Of a DNA stretch of 64,000 nucleotides, positions 24,531 to 39,669 are shown one piece after another. The notes beneath the pieces were generated by a model. The model searched no databases and was not told where the DNA came from. It saw nothing but the letters and a program-made list of their open reading frames with translations. Both the position numbers and the translations under genes were made by a program. Source of the DNA: the human T2T-CHM13v2.0 reference genome, Homo sapiens; the NCBI RefSeq assembly GCF_009914755.1, contig NC_060936.1; one strand, 5' to 3'. The stretch's first letter is position 1. Every line of letters starts with the position of its first letter.

Positions 24531-24860
24531 AGGATTTTGCATGCTTTTTGCCCAGGGTCGATTTAATGTCAGTGCATCCCCGGCACTGCATCCTTGTCTC
24601 CTACTTTTCAGCCCTTGTCTGGGTTCCTTGATACCAGGGAGTGCCTAGGTCATTGTGCTCATTCGACAGATGGGAAGATGAGCTCTCCAGAGGGGATGGG
24701 ACCTGTTCAAGACCCCAGGCCTGATTCTCACAGATCTTTCACTTCACGCTTTGCTTCCTGAGCAACTGATTCGGGCTCTGGCACTCCCCGGAGTGCCTTC
24801 ATCCCGTGGCCCACGCAGTTCTTCCACTGCTCACCGGGGCTGTGGTTCCTGTCCCCACAG

Positions 24861-24889
24861 GTCCAACGAGCGCTCCTCCAAGCGGAGCC
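24861..24889 (+). other. TEAD4: TEAD4 exon 3, 5' UTR portion
   Basis: Acceptor ttcctgtccccacag|GTCC ends at 24860. The 29 nt before the TTG start contain no ATG. Confidence 0.9.
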
Positions 24890-25115
24890 TTGGAGGGCAC
24901 GGCCGGCACCATTACCTCCAACGAGTGGAGCTCTCCCACCTCCCCTGAGGGGAGCACCGCCTCTGGGGGCAGTCAGGCACTGGACAAGCCCATCGACAAT
25001 GACGCAGAGGGCGTGTGGAGCCCGGATATTGAGCAGAGTTTCCAGGAGGCCCTCGCCATCTACCCGCCCTGTGGCAGGCGCAAAATCATCCTGTCGGACG
25101 AGGGCAAGATGTATG
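24890..25115 (+). CDS. TEAD4: TEAD4 coding exon (exon 3), aa 1-75, non-AUG TTG start, start of TEA domain
   Basis: Translates (L/M)[75 protein letters not shown], the TEAD4 N-terminus. Start context ggagccTTGG. Donor ATG|gtaagg. 226 nt, phase 1. Confidence 0.97.
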
Positions 25116-25842
25116 GTAAGGAGCCCGTCGGGTTCAGCCCTGTACCTGAGGCTGAGGCAAGGGGCCGACACCAGAACCTTGGGGTTCCTGCCGGGCCACA
25201 GAAGGGGATGACCACTTGGGGCTTTGTCGGGTGGACACTGCTTTCTTCCCTCCTGGGCTCCCAAGGGATGGGGGCATCTGAGGAGAAGCCTGTGAGGGGG
25301 TGTGGAGGGTGGGGCCCCTGGCGGTGAGCAGAGATGGGAGTGGGAAACTTGGAAAAGGCGAATCTGGGTGGGGTAGAACATCCCCCCAGAGCAGGTGGGG
25401 AGCACCCCACAAGCTGTACCCCAGCAGGTGCCTGACCAGCAGGCTGCCCACCTTGGCTGTGAAGGATGCTCACTCATCCCCTCTTTCCCTCACTCATTCA
25501 TGCAACAAACAGATGCCGAGCCTTCTGTGTGCCTGGTGTGGGTTAGACGGGTCTAGTCCCAGCCTGTCATCTGGGGTGAGGGTAATGTGAGCTCACAGAT
25601 ACCTGCTCTGCAAGGCAGCCTGGAGAGTTCCTAGGAGAGGCAGAGTGCTGGAGACCACTCCCCTAGGAAAGGCCCCCCCCAACCCAGCAGAGGGTCACCA
25701 GAAATGGCTTGATCTTTGTGAGTGGCTGGGGTTGCAGAACACAGCTGAAACTGTTCAGCGATGCATGGGAAGGACCAAGCAGTTGGCATGGGGCCACGAT
25801 GACTTTTGGATGGAAGAGGGGGCATCTGGAAAAATGAAGCAG

Positions 25843-26145
25843 GGGCTGGGCATGGTGGCTCACTCAAGCCTGTGATTCCAGCACTTTGGGAGGCCAAGGT
25901 GGGAGGATCACTTGAGGCCAGCAGTTTGAAACCAGCCTGGGCAACAAAGCGAGACACCATCTGGAGTAAAAATAAAAAAAATTACCCAGGTTTGGTGGTG
26001 CCAGCCTGCAGTCCCAGCTACTGGGGAGGCTGAGGCAGAAAGATCTCTTGAGGCCAAGAGGTCAAGGCTGCATTGAGCCATGAGTGCACTGTTGCACTCC
26101 TGCCTGGGTGCCAGAGTGAGGCCCTGTTTCAAAAAAAAAAAAAAA
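25843..26145 (+). mobile_element. AluJ-like, sense
   Basis: Canonical Alu with TSD aaaaatgaagca. Confidence 0.9.
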
Positions 26146-26535
26146 ATGAAGCAAGAATAAAAACTGAATGGCTGTTGGAAGGCCCAGATAAGGCTTCTGT
26201 TCCTGTTGGAAAGTCCTCTAGGAATCCTAGCTCAAAACAGTGGTCTTGGGGCAGGAGTGAGAGCCCTGAGTGGGTCTCTAAATGGCTGAAGTCAGTGACA
26301 ACGGGGCCCCTGCCTGGCTTCCAACAGGATGGCCCCAGACCAGCTGCCCACCCCCACGGGTTTCCATTCATTTCTCCCCCACACCCAACGCTGGTGCCAC
26401 CCCCACCATTGTTGCTTGGCTCGGCTTCCCCAGGGTCGCCCTTACTTCTGGGTCGGCCCTCTAGACTCTCCCTGCTTTGACCACTTCTTGCTCTGATGGT
26501 TGCTTATTTTTTCCTTTTTCTTTTCTCTCTCTCTC

Positions 26536-27034
26536 TTTTTTTTTTTTTGAGATGGAGTTTCACTCTTGTTGCCCAGGCTAGAGTGCAATGGGCGCAATCT
26601 CAGCTCAACGCTACCTCTGCCTCCCGGGTTCAAGCGATTCTCCCACCTCAGCCTGCCGAGTAAGCTTGGATTACAGGCACGTGCCACCACTCCTGGCTAA
26701 TTTTGTATTTTTAGTAGAGACAGGGTTTTTCCATGTTGGTCAGGCTGGTCTTGAACTCCAGACCTCAGGTGATCCGCCCACCTTGGCCTCCCAAAGTGAT
26801 GGGATTACAGGTGTGAGCCACCGCACCCAGCTTTTCTTTTCTTTTCTTTTGTTTTTGAGACAGAGTCTTGCTCTGTCGCCCAGGCTGGAGTGCAGTGGAG
26901 CAATCTCGGCTCACTGCAGCCTCCACCCCGTGGGTTAAAGTGATTCTTCTGCTTCACCCTCCCGAGTAGTTGGGTCTACAGGCGTGCGCCACCACGCTCG
27001 GCTGATTTTACAGGTGTGAGCCACCATGCCCGGC
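26536..27034 (-). mobile_element. Two tandem antisense Alus (second internally deleted)
   Basis: Alu consensus matches. Confidence 0.88.
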
Positions 27035-27079
27035 CTTGCATCTGTATTTCTAAATAAAATACTTGAATGTGTTTGTGGC

Positions 27080-27420
27080 AGTTAAGATAAAATTTGTCTT
27101 TAACAGATCCCAAATAACAGTGGCTTACATAAGGGAAATTTCCTTCTCTCTCCTATAAATGTCTGGAGGGTAGGTAGTCCAGGGAAGGTGTGGCAGCTCT
27201 GCTCCATGAAGCTCTCAGGGACCCAGGATGCTTCCGTCTTGTGGCTCATGAGCATGCCTTCCATTGTGAATGTTCCCTTAAGGCCCAAGCAGCTGCTTCA
27301 GCTCCAGGAGTTACATTGCAGCTAGCAGACAGGAGAATGGGATGAAGAAGAGTGACCTGGATACATTTAAGGAAGACACTGGGAAACTAACCCCTGAAAT
27401 ATTTACTGGCCAGAACTCCT
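27080..27420. mobile_element. MLT1-type MaLR LTR fragment
   Basis: aaataacagtggctt...gtctggag...cagggacccagg pattern of the MLT1J group. Confidence 0.5.
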
Positions 27421-27949
27421 GTGAAGTCCCTTCCACCTCTACTTGTGAAGTTCTGCTTCTTACTTTTAGCGCCTGGGGAAGCGTCATGGGGGAGACAGCT
27501 GTGTGTGGAGCACCTGGGGGTGCCTGGTGTGGTGTTCGGTGCTTTGCAGAGGTTGTTGCCATTTAGCCAGGAGGGACGCAGCCTCTGGGACCCCCCGGGC
27601 TCTGCTTTGGTGGAGGAGGGGATGGGTATAGATTGTAGCTTAGGTGTGAAATGAGAAAGGGCAGGGGGAGTGTAGGGAAGGGCAGGTGGCTTGGCTGGGG
27701 AGCTGTGGTGTATGTCCTGGACCCTTCACAGGGCAGGTCTGTGTGCTCTAGAGACAGAGGTGGGCCGGAAAACGAAAGTGTGCATGAGGCATCCAGCAAG
27801 GGGCAAGGGCGGAGGGCGCTGTGGGTGTCTGGGAGGGCCCCGTGGAGATGCTAGAATGCACTAAATCAACAGACATTTGTGGAGTTGAGCACCCCTGGGG
27901 ACCAAGGGCTTTGAGGACTTGCTTTTTCGGGGGGGGGGTGTGTGTGTGT

Positions 27950-28390
27950 TAAAAAATACGTAACATTTTCCATTTTAATCATTATAGTTTTTCAGTTTAT
28001 AATTTGATGGCATTAAATATATTCACATTGATGTACAGCCATTACTACCACCCATCGCCAGAAATATTTCATTTCAAAGTGAAATTCTTTACCTTTTAAA
28101 CAATAATTCCCCATTCTCGCCATCCTCCCCGCCCTCCAGCCCTGGCAACTGCCATTCTGCTTTCTGTCTTTATGGGTCTGACTCCTTTAGTTACCTCATG
28201 TAAGTGGAATCATACAACATTTGCCCTTTTGTGACTGGCTAATTTCACTTAACACAAGGTCCTCAACGTTTATCTGTATTATAACCTAGGTCAGAGTTTC
28301 CTTCCTTTTTAAGGCTGAGTAATATTCCATTGTATAGACCACATTCTGTTTATCTGTTCATCTGCCGACAGACATTTGGGTGGATGCTTA
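27950..28390 (-). mobile_element. L1MB-like 3' fragment
   Basis: ggcattaaatatattcacattg and taagtggaatcatacaacatttgcccttttgtgactggc. Confidence 0.75.
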
Positions 28391-28544
28391 GTTTTATTTA
28401 GTTGTTATAGGTAGATATTTCTGTCCCTGCTTCACATATAAAGATACTGGGGTTAAGAGACCGTGACCAACCCTGGGGAAGCGCCGGGCTGTGGATCTCT
28501 GGCAGGACTTGGGTTGGAATTCTCTTTGGCAGGAGGGAAGCCAC

Positions 28545-29640
28545 TGACTCAGGGAAGCAGACTGAAAATGGTTTGGCAAACTGTCCTGGCCGTGTTGGCA
28601 TCTCGGATGCTGCTCCTCCCCTGTGCTGAGACCCAGGGAGGGGCATGGGATGGGGACGCTCGGGAGGGCCTGGAGGAAGAGTGAGGAGAGGCAGAGGTGC
28701 TGCTTCACTGTGCTTCATAACACGTCAGCGCTCCCAGCATCCTGGGCATCTGTGATCTTTCGGTCCTTTCAAGGGTCCCTTCAAGGAGGGAGGAATGGCA
28801 CCTCTGCTTGCAGATGCAGAAATGGAAATTCAGGGAAGCCAAGAGTTTCTCCCAGTCTCTCAAGTTGGAAGTGGAGAGTGGGGCTTTAACCCAGTTCTCC
28901 TGCCTCCGAGCTTGGCGTTCCTCTGTCAGCTGAATGGCCTTGCTCCTCCACTGCCTGGCCCTGGCTCCAGGTGGGTCAGGCCCTGGGCAGGGCCCTGGAG
29001 GCTGTACTGCAGGCTCTGACAACCGCCCAGCCCCCACAGCACCTGTCCTGCATGAGAATAGGTTCTGCTGGGATCCAGACACCCGCTCACCCCGTCTCTT
29101 CTTACCAGTCCCGGGGGCCGAGCCAAGGCAGGACTGCGTGGGGACTGATGGAGGGCTCTCAGCAGGCAGTGCTGACCAGCCCGGCTGGGAGCTATAGATA
29201 GCTCTGAGCTCACCCCCAGTGTGTGGGATGGGCCCTCTGGGAGGCGGAATGGGAGGCCGAGCTGAGAGCTGACTCAGACCTCAGCTCACCGTGGCTGCTC
29301 CCCTCCTGTCTTCTCATCTTCCCTTGGGGCATCTGCGCTTCCCATCCTCTGTGTACCCCAGCCCCATTCTGAGCCCCCAGCTGCTTCTAGCATCCCCAGA
29401 GCTCTGGTCTTTTCTCCCCCCTCACTTCCCTGCATCCAAAGGCCACCAGCCCCTTTCCAAGTGGGCCGGCCCGGTGGGGTATGGGGTGGGGCTAAGAGGA
29501 TGATTCCCGACCTGGGGACCCGGCCTTAGCTGTTTGAGGACAGGGGTTAGGCCTGCTCCGAGCTCCGCCCACGGAACATCCAGCATAGGACACGCTGACC
29601 AAGGCCAGGCAGACATGCAGATGACATGCAAAGCAGCACG
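28545..29640. promoter_or_regulatory. Candidate intronic enhancer (AP-1 plus TEAD motifs)
   Basis: TGACTCA at 28545 and 29270 and GGAATG at 28792 and 29246, in largely unique GC-rich sequence. Motif evidence only. Confidence 0.3.
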
Positions 29641-30375
29641 GCAGATTAACACCTGCTATTTCTGAGCTGAGTCTCCCACGCTTGTTGGCTCCGGCCCTCC
29701 CCTTGAGCACCTCTTACCCTCCTGGGCCGGCTCCCGAGCCCGGGGTGCTTGCCTTCTCCTGCTCACGGCCGCTTTCATTTCTGCCCTGTCACTGTGTGAC
29801 CCTCCCCCTGGCACAGCCAACGCTGGCCACCCTGACCTCCTTTGGCCAGGCTCACAGTCGGCCTAGCCTAGCGTGCAGGTGGTGGGATTCGAACAACTTC
29901 TCGCCCCCTTCTGCCTGCTCCCCGCCTTCCCCGCTCCTCACACTCAGTGCTGGCCGGGTGGGCTCGTGTCCCGCCTCCTGCTCTCTGGAGGGCTGTGGCT
30001 GGCTCTGGGGTTCCCTCTGCATTCATCCCTTTCTGCCTCCTGTGCTTCTCACCTTCCTGAGGTTGCTCTTGACTTTCCCGAGTCTTCCTGCCTCTTTTCC
30101 CTGCCTCTCTCTCTGCTTCTCCCCTCCTGTGTCCCAGGTGGGCCATCCTATTAGCAGCCCGTCAGTTCTCATTAAGTGACCACCCCACACTGGGCAGGCC
30201 GGGCTGAGGCCGTGTGGTCTCTGCTCTCCACAACTTCATGGTCTAATGAGAGGGGCAGGAAAAACTTCTCTGGACAGTTAGCCACCCAAGCAGACACTGG
30301 GGTTGTCCACAGCCGATATTAACCAGATTTATCTTGGGAGTTTTCCTGAAGGAAGCAGAGCTGAGGGTGAGTGCT

Positions 30376-30782
30376 TGTCTTGGTCTGTTTTCTGTTGTTG
30401 ATAACAGAATACCTGAAACTGGGTAATTTATAAAGAAGGAGTTTATTCCTTACAGTTACAGAGACTGGGAAGTCCAAGGTTGAGGGGCTGCATCTGTGAG
30501 GGCCTTCGTGCTGGAGGGAACTCTGCAGAGTCCCGAGGTGGTGCAGGCATCCCGTAGCGAGGGGGCCGAGTGTGCTTGTTCAGGCCTTTTCTTCCTCTGA
30601 GACAGCCCCCAGTCCCACTCCTGCGCTCTGTTAGCCCGTTAATCCCTGAGTGGATTAATCCATCGTGAAGGCAGTGCCTTCAGGGCCATATCACTCCTTA
30701 AAGGCCCACCTGTCCATACTGCCACATGGGGGATTACATTTCAACATGAATTTTGGAGGGGACTAATATTCAAACCATAGCA
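30376..30782 (-). mobile_element. Complete solo MaLR LTR (MST/MLT1A group, MSTD-like)
   Basis: TG...CA termini, 407 bp, perfect 5-bp TSD GTGCT at 30371-30375 and 30783-30787. Contains ctgggtaatttataaag and ttcaaaccatagca. Confidence 0.85.
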
Positions 30783-31339
30783 GTGCTCCAGGCAAGGGGG
30801 TGGAGAGATTGTGAGCATCAGTCTAGAGGTGAGACTTCACATGGTGGGTTTGGGGGACCCTGGTGGAGGATCTGGGCAAAGCACTGTTGGTTCGTCAGAC
30901 TGTCAGAGGTGAAGGGATTCCCTCGTTTTCTGGATGAGTCACACAGCTAATAAGAGGCAGAACCGGGACCAGACTCAGCCTGAGTTTGGGACTAGATAGA
31001 GCATGTCGAGGGTCTTTTCACAAAGGTGATGGGACAGAGGTCACGGAGTTTCACCTGGGCTCCTGCCCCCCACTTCTTCACCATGGCCTCATTTGCAGGA
31101 TTCTCTGCTCCTCTTTGCTTTGTTGCCCTGTGGGTTTCCAGCTGCTCCTATGCTCCTCCCTGCGGCCTACAACCCTGACTTCAGGTGCCTGGAGACTTGA
31201 TGACGGGAGTGTTCAAATCTACTCTGTCCCTGAGAGCTGGCGTGACCTTGGGCAAGTTATTTAACCTCCTTGGGCTTCATTTTCCTTTTGTAAAGTGGAG
31301 GTCATAATACTACTACCTTTGTGGGAGGTGTTTTGGTTT

Positions 31340-32750
<1,411 letters not shown>

Positions 32751-35199
32751 TATTGGAATAAGACATTGCCTTCTAGTGTTGTCGTAGGGATGAGAGCACA
32801 CAGTAGGTGCCAAATGCACAGCACGGGGTGAGGGGAACACGTACCTGCCCTCAAGGAACTCACAGTGTGGCGGGGGAGCATGACTAGGACAGACACCGAG
32901 GCAGGAATGGGCATGCCCTCTTGGGTGGGGAGCAGTGCAAGCTTCTTGGGGCTTCCTGGAGCTGTGGCCTTGAAGCCTGGCTGATTTCACCAGAAGCCTC
33001 AGAGCCCTCCAGGGACAATGGTAGGAACAGCTCAAATGTCAGGCCCAATTGCTGCCTTCTCAGGCTTCAGTCAGAAGTTCCTTCTCCACAAATAGCCTCC
33101 TTCTCCAGCCCCAGGTGTTTATGGCTTCAGTTGATCCCTGGATAGCTGCACCCCCAACACACACACCCTGGCCCCCGCTTCCAGGCCATTGGGGATTAGG
33201 GTGGGGCAGCAAGGATGTGCCCAGCCTCCTCTCCCTGAGCCCCAACCTACAGGGGTGCAGTGTGGCACTTGCTCACTCCACCAGAGGCCTACAGTGAACC
33301 AAAGATGTCCACGCACACTTCCACCCACTCTTGGTTGGGGAGGCTTGTGCTCTCAGCTCCTCAGTCCTTTTCAAGTTTGAAAGCTAATAGCATTCGTTAT
33401 AATAGGGCTTCGTTAACAATATTAACAGTAATCGCTGACCTTGCTGGCCCTCTGCTGAGTGGTGCGTGCTTTACTTACTCCATGCCATTTAACAGTTTAT
33501 GGTCTAGGGGGTGGGCTGCCATGGAGAGAGGGGACTCAGCACAGAGGAAATGAGATACAGAAATGACCTAGCCCAGGCAGGATTTTGCAGCTGGGGTAAC
33601 GTTTTCAGTGGTGCTATGTGGCGGAGGTGGCCGGCAGGGTGTGTGTGACGCTGAGTGTGGGGCTAGGAGAAAGCGGAGATTCCTCGTGGATGCTGCATCA
33701 GGAATGCTCCACCCTCAGCCTTTAGGCCAAGGCTCCTGTTTCTCCACGGGCAGCCTTCGCCCCCGGTGGGGTGGGGCCGTGGGTGTGAGCTGGGGGCTGT
33801 CGGACACATGTGCTCTGACAGATGGACAGATGGGCCCACAGTCTGGCAGGGGTGTCCTTCCCATCCCCACCCAGGCCGGCCCTGGGGTTGGCCGAGGCCA
33901 CCTGCCACGTTGCAATGCGCAGCTGCCTGACTGGCCTCCTCCTTCCCCAGCCTGTGTTCTCAGCCACCAGAGGGAGAAGCCTGTGGTTATGCAGCTAGGG
34001 GCAGAGCTGGGACAAGGACAAGGACAAGCCCCTCCCACCGCCACCACCTCAGCTGGGTGCTTTACAAGTTTCTCACTGCCATGGCCCTTCTTTGCCGGCC
34101 TTCACTGTGGTTCCCACGCTCTACCTGTAGGCCCACGCTCCCTACTCCCTTCCCCTCTTGCCCCTGACTCTGGGGGCCTTCTGGTGTCTACATGATCCAG
34201 GATACGCTGGCTCCCACCAGCTGTGGGTACCACTGTCCATGAGTGGTGGGCAGGACCTCAGGTCCAAGTAGTTGGATCTCCCTCCGGGACCTTACCTCAT
34301 GCAGAGACTTAGGAATCGGGGGGATTGATCCAAAGGGAAGGAGCAGCATCGTCCCTTGCGGAGGAAGCTCAGCCCTGTCGGGGGAGCATATCCTGGGGGG
34401 AAATAGCCAGCATGTAATACTCTCGAAGCACTGGGGCAGCCTTGGAAAACATACCTTCTCGTGGTGCCTGGGACACTAGCAAGCCATGAGACTGTGAATA
34501 AGTCATTTCCCCTCTCTGGGCTTCCATTTCATCTTCCTCAGGCTAAACAGGACCTCTAGAGTCACGTGGTCCAGCCCTGCTTCTGAGAGAAGTGACCTCC
34601 AATTCCCTGTTCATTCGGAGTGGTACCATGCAGTAGCCACAGATGGGCACTGGCACCAGACTACATGGACCCGAATCTCAGCCACATGCTTGCCTACGAC
34701 CCTGAGAAGATTTCTCAACCTTGCTGTTTCCCTGTCTGTAGCGTGGATGACAGTACCACCCTCATTTAGCTGTTGTGAGGATCGAAAGGGTGAATGCAGA
34801 TAAAGCTGTCACAGGATACATATCTGTATCCGCACAGATACTTGTACTGATGAGGTATGCAGCAAGTGTTCATTGTCATCAAGATTTTCACAGGAGTGAC
34901 AGGCCACGGCAGCTCCCTCTGTGTGTAAAGCCTGGATTAGATGCCAGCTGGCCTGGAGGCAGGGAGATGGCTGCGTTGACCTCTAGAGCACCCCTGGTGG
35001 CAGGAAGGAAGCTGCTTGGGTCCCCTTGGCTCACACACCCACAGACACCCCACACTTCACTCCCTCACGGGGGGTTCTCAACTGCCGGCATCACCCCTGA
35101 CCAGCACAACGAGGCTGGAGGGTCTGAGATGAGCCAGCAAGGGAGAGGAGGAGGAAGCTCCACAGACAGCCAGGGAAAAGCACAACTTTAACAAATACA

Positions 35200-36530
<1,331 letters not shown>

Positions 36531-36535
36531 GAAAA

Positions 36536-37165
<630 letters not shown>

Positions 37166-37612
37166 AGACGGCTGAGCTTGCCTTAGACCCCTTGGTGTGG
37201 CTCCTGTCCCGCCCCATTACTAGCCTCTCGCCGGGGGCTGAGACGGCCTTTCTAGCAGCAGAGCCCTGGAACCTTGTGGCAGAGGGTGAGGGTAGTTGTG
37301 GGGTGGTGGGCAGGGGCTCCTTGCAGAGGCTGAGTCCTCTGTGATGTTTGGGGTTAGGGTCTCAGCTGATGGGGGCCAAGGCCTCCCTACTGCTTCTCAC
37401 CACAGGCTGCAGAGGAAGCAGCACTGTTACGGGGCAGTCCTGCCTGATGAGAGGAGGTTCCATTAACTAAGCATCCTCGCTTGGCCAGGCCTCGGGCCAT
37501 ATTCAAGCACCTGAGCCAAGAGTCACACCTGGGCAGTTAGTCCTAGGTCTGCTGTGGGTGATCTGGTGCAGTTCTCTGGCAAATAGGTATAATTACCTGC
37601 CCACTGCAGGGA

Positions 37613-37937
37613 GGAGGTGGATTTACTGTGAAGTTAATGAGGTTTACGCGTTAGGACCCAGCACTTACATGGGCCCCTTCCAAGTCCCTAAACTTAATTT
37701 TTGCTTCATTGAAGTATAACTGACATTACAACAAACTGTACATGCTTAAAGTGGCCAAGTTGATACATTTTGACAGATGTATGCACCTGTGAAGCCATCA
37801 CCACCATCAAGATAATGAATGTGTCCATTGCCCCCAAGTTTTTAACCTAATTTTGTATTTTTAAAATTCTTTTTCCCAAAGGGAGCCTCCCAATTGCTAA
37901 ATGTCTTAGGCCTCACAAAAGTCTGGGTTTGCTCATG
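37613..37937 (+). mobile_element. MER53-like hAT element split by a short antisense L1 fragment (~37700-37845)
   Basis: ggatttactgtgaagttaatga...gggccccttccaag on the left and ggcctcacaaaagtctgg on the right. Confidence 0.6.
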
Positions 37938-38079
37938 TACAGAAAAGTTCAATGAGACCAGGATAGGACAGCGCCTTAAGAGTTACGTCGGACTAATCAG
38001 AAGTAAAAGGTTATTTGCATGTATTTAACTTACTCCTTTGTCTTAGAAGGCTAAAACAGTTACGGGACATCTGACCAGC

Positions 38080-38930
38080 ATCTTAGCATTCATTCCCTCA
38101 TCATTCAGGCAGCAAGTATTTATTGAGCGCCTACAATGTGCAGGCAGTTTTCTAGGTGGTGGGTATAAATAAGTGAATAAATAGACCAAAAATCCCTATT
38201 CGCATGGACTGTGGTTCTGACGGGGGTGAGGGCACAGACAGTACTGAAATAAGTTAGATTATGTATTATGCTAGAAGGTGCTGTGGAGGAAAGTAAAGGC
38301 AGTGGGTGCCAGGGTGGGCGGGTAGGAGTATGATTTCAGCCCTCAGTGGGGTGGTCAGGGAAGAGACAGTGGCACCCAAGGGGTGCAGGTGGTGTGGGAC
38401 TCTGGGGCAGAGTGTTCCCTGGAGGAGAAACAGGAAGCACAAGGACCATAGTGGGGCAGGTGTGGGCCTGGTGTGTTTCAGGACAGCAAGAAGTTTAGGA
38501 TGGATCGGGTAGACTAGATCAGAGAGGTGACTGAACTGGGGTGGCCAGATCCTGCAGGGGTTTCCAGGCCGTTGTAAGGACTTGGACACTGTTAATCTGG
38601 GGCAGATGGAAGCCATTGGAGGGCTTTTGAATTTCGATAGGGTCGCTGCAGCTGCTGTGTTGAGCATAGACTTGGAGCAGGGAATACAGGTGGAAGGTGA
38701 TGATCCTAATCCAAGTCAGAGATGGCGGGAGCTTGGACCCTGGAGGGTGCGGTGGTGCACAGTGGCTGTATGAATTCTGGATATGTTTTGGAGGTAGAGC
38801 CACACCAGACTCATTCATTCATTCAGTGAGTAGGTGCCAGGTACTGGAGATGCAGACTTGAATGGAGGCATAGTCTCTTCCTCTGAGCTGTTGAGAGTCT
38901 AACAAGGAAAGACAGACATGGATAACTGAT
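38080..38930. mobile_element. L2 fragments
   Basis: cattcattc...aagtatttattgagcgcctacaatgtgcaggca is an L2 3' end, with ggaagccattggagggctttt internally. Confidence 0.7.
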
Positions 38931-39171
38931 GAGCACACGATATCCTGTGTGCAAGGGACGGGCCAGAGGAGCAACCAAGAACCGTATCCCAGATGGTCTG
39001 CCATCCCCATCCCTCCTGCTACACCGTCACCCACTTCGCAGCTCTTGGGAACCTCTCTTCTTCCCTCATGCTTTTCCTTGCCCGTAGACTAGTCTCTGAG
39101 CTGGGTTACTTACTTGGGCCTAGAGCATGTTCATTTTACCGAAAAGGATACTGAGCCACAGAGTGTTCTCA

Positions 39172-39669
<498 letters not shown>

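Noticed and set aside
24806-25327. 173-aa ORF as a single-exon protein
   Set aside because: It is TEAD4 exon 3 read through into flanking intron. Splice sites delimit the true coding part.
24728-25477. 249-aa antisense ORF over exon 3
   Set aside because: It shadows a GC-rich coding exon, has no recognisable domain and starts at a non-ATG codon. There is no independent support.
32909-32918. Perfect p53 half-site GGGCATGCCC
   Set aside because: There is no second half-site adjacent.
34814-34831. GGATACA/TGTATCC hairpin
   Set aside because: A 7-bp stem is expected by chance.
38013-38020. Octamer ATTTGCAT (also near 8912, 32702 and 44555)
   Set aside because: Isolated hits, several inside repeats, with no adjacent SOX site noticed.
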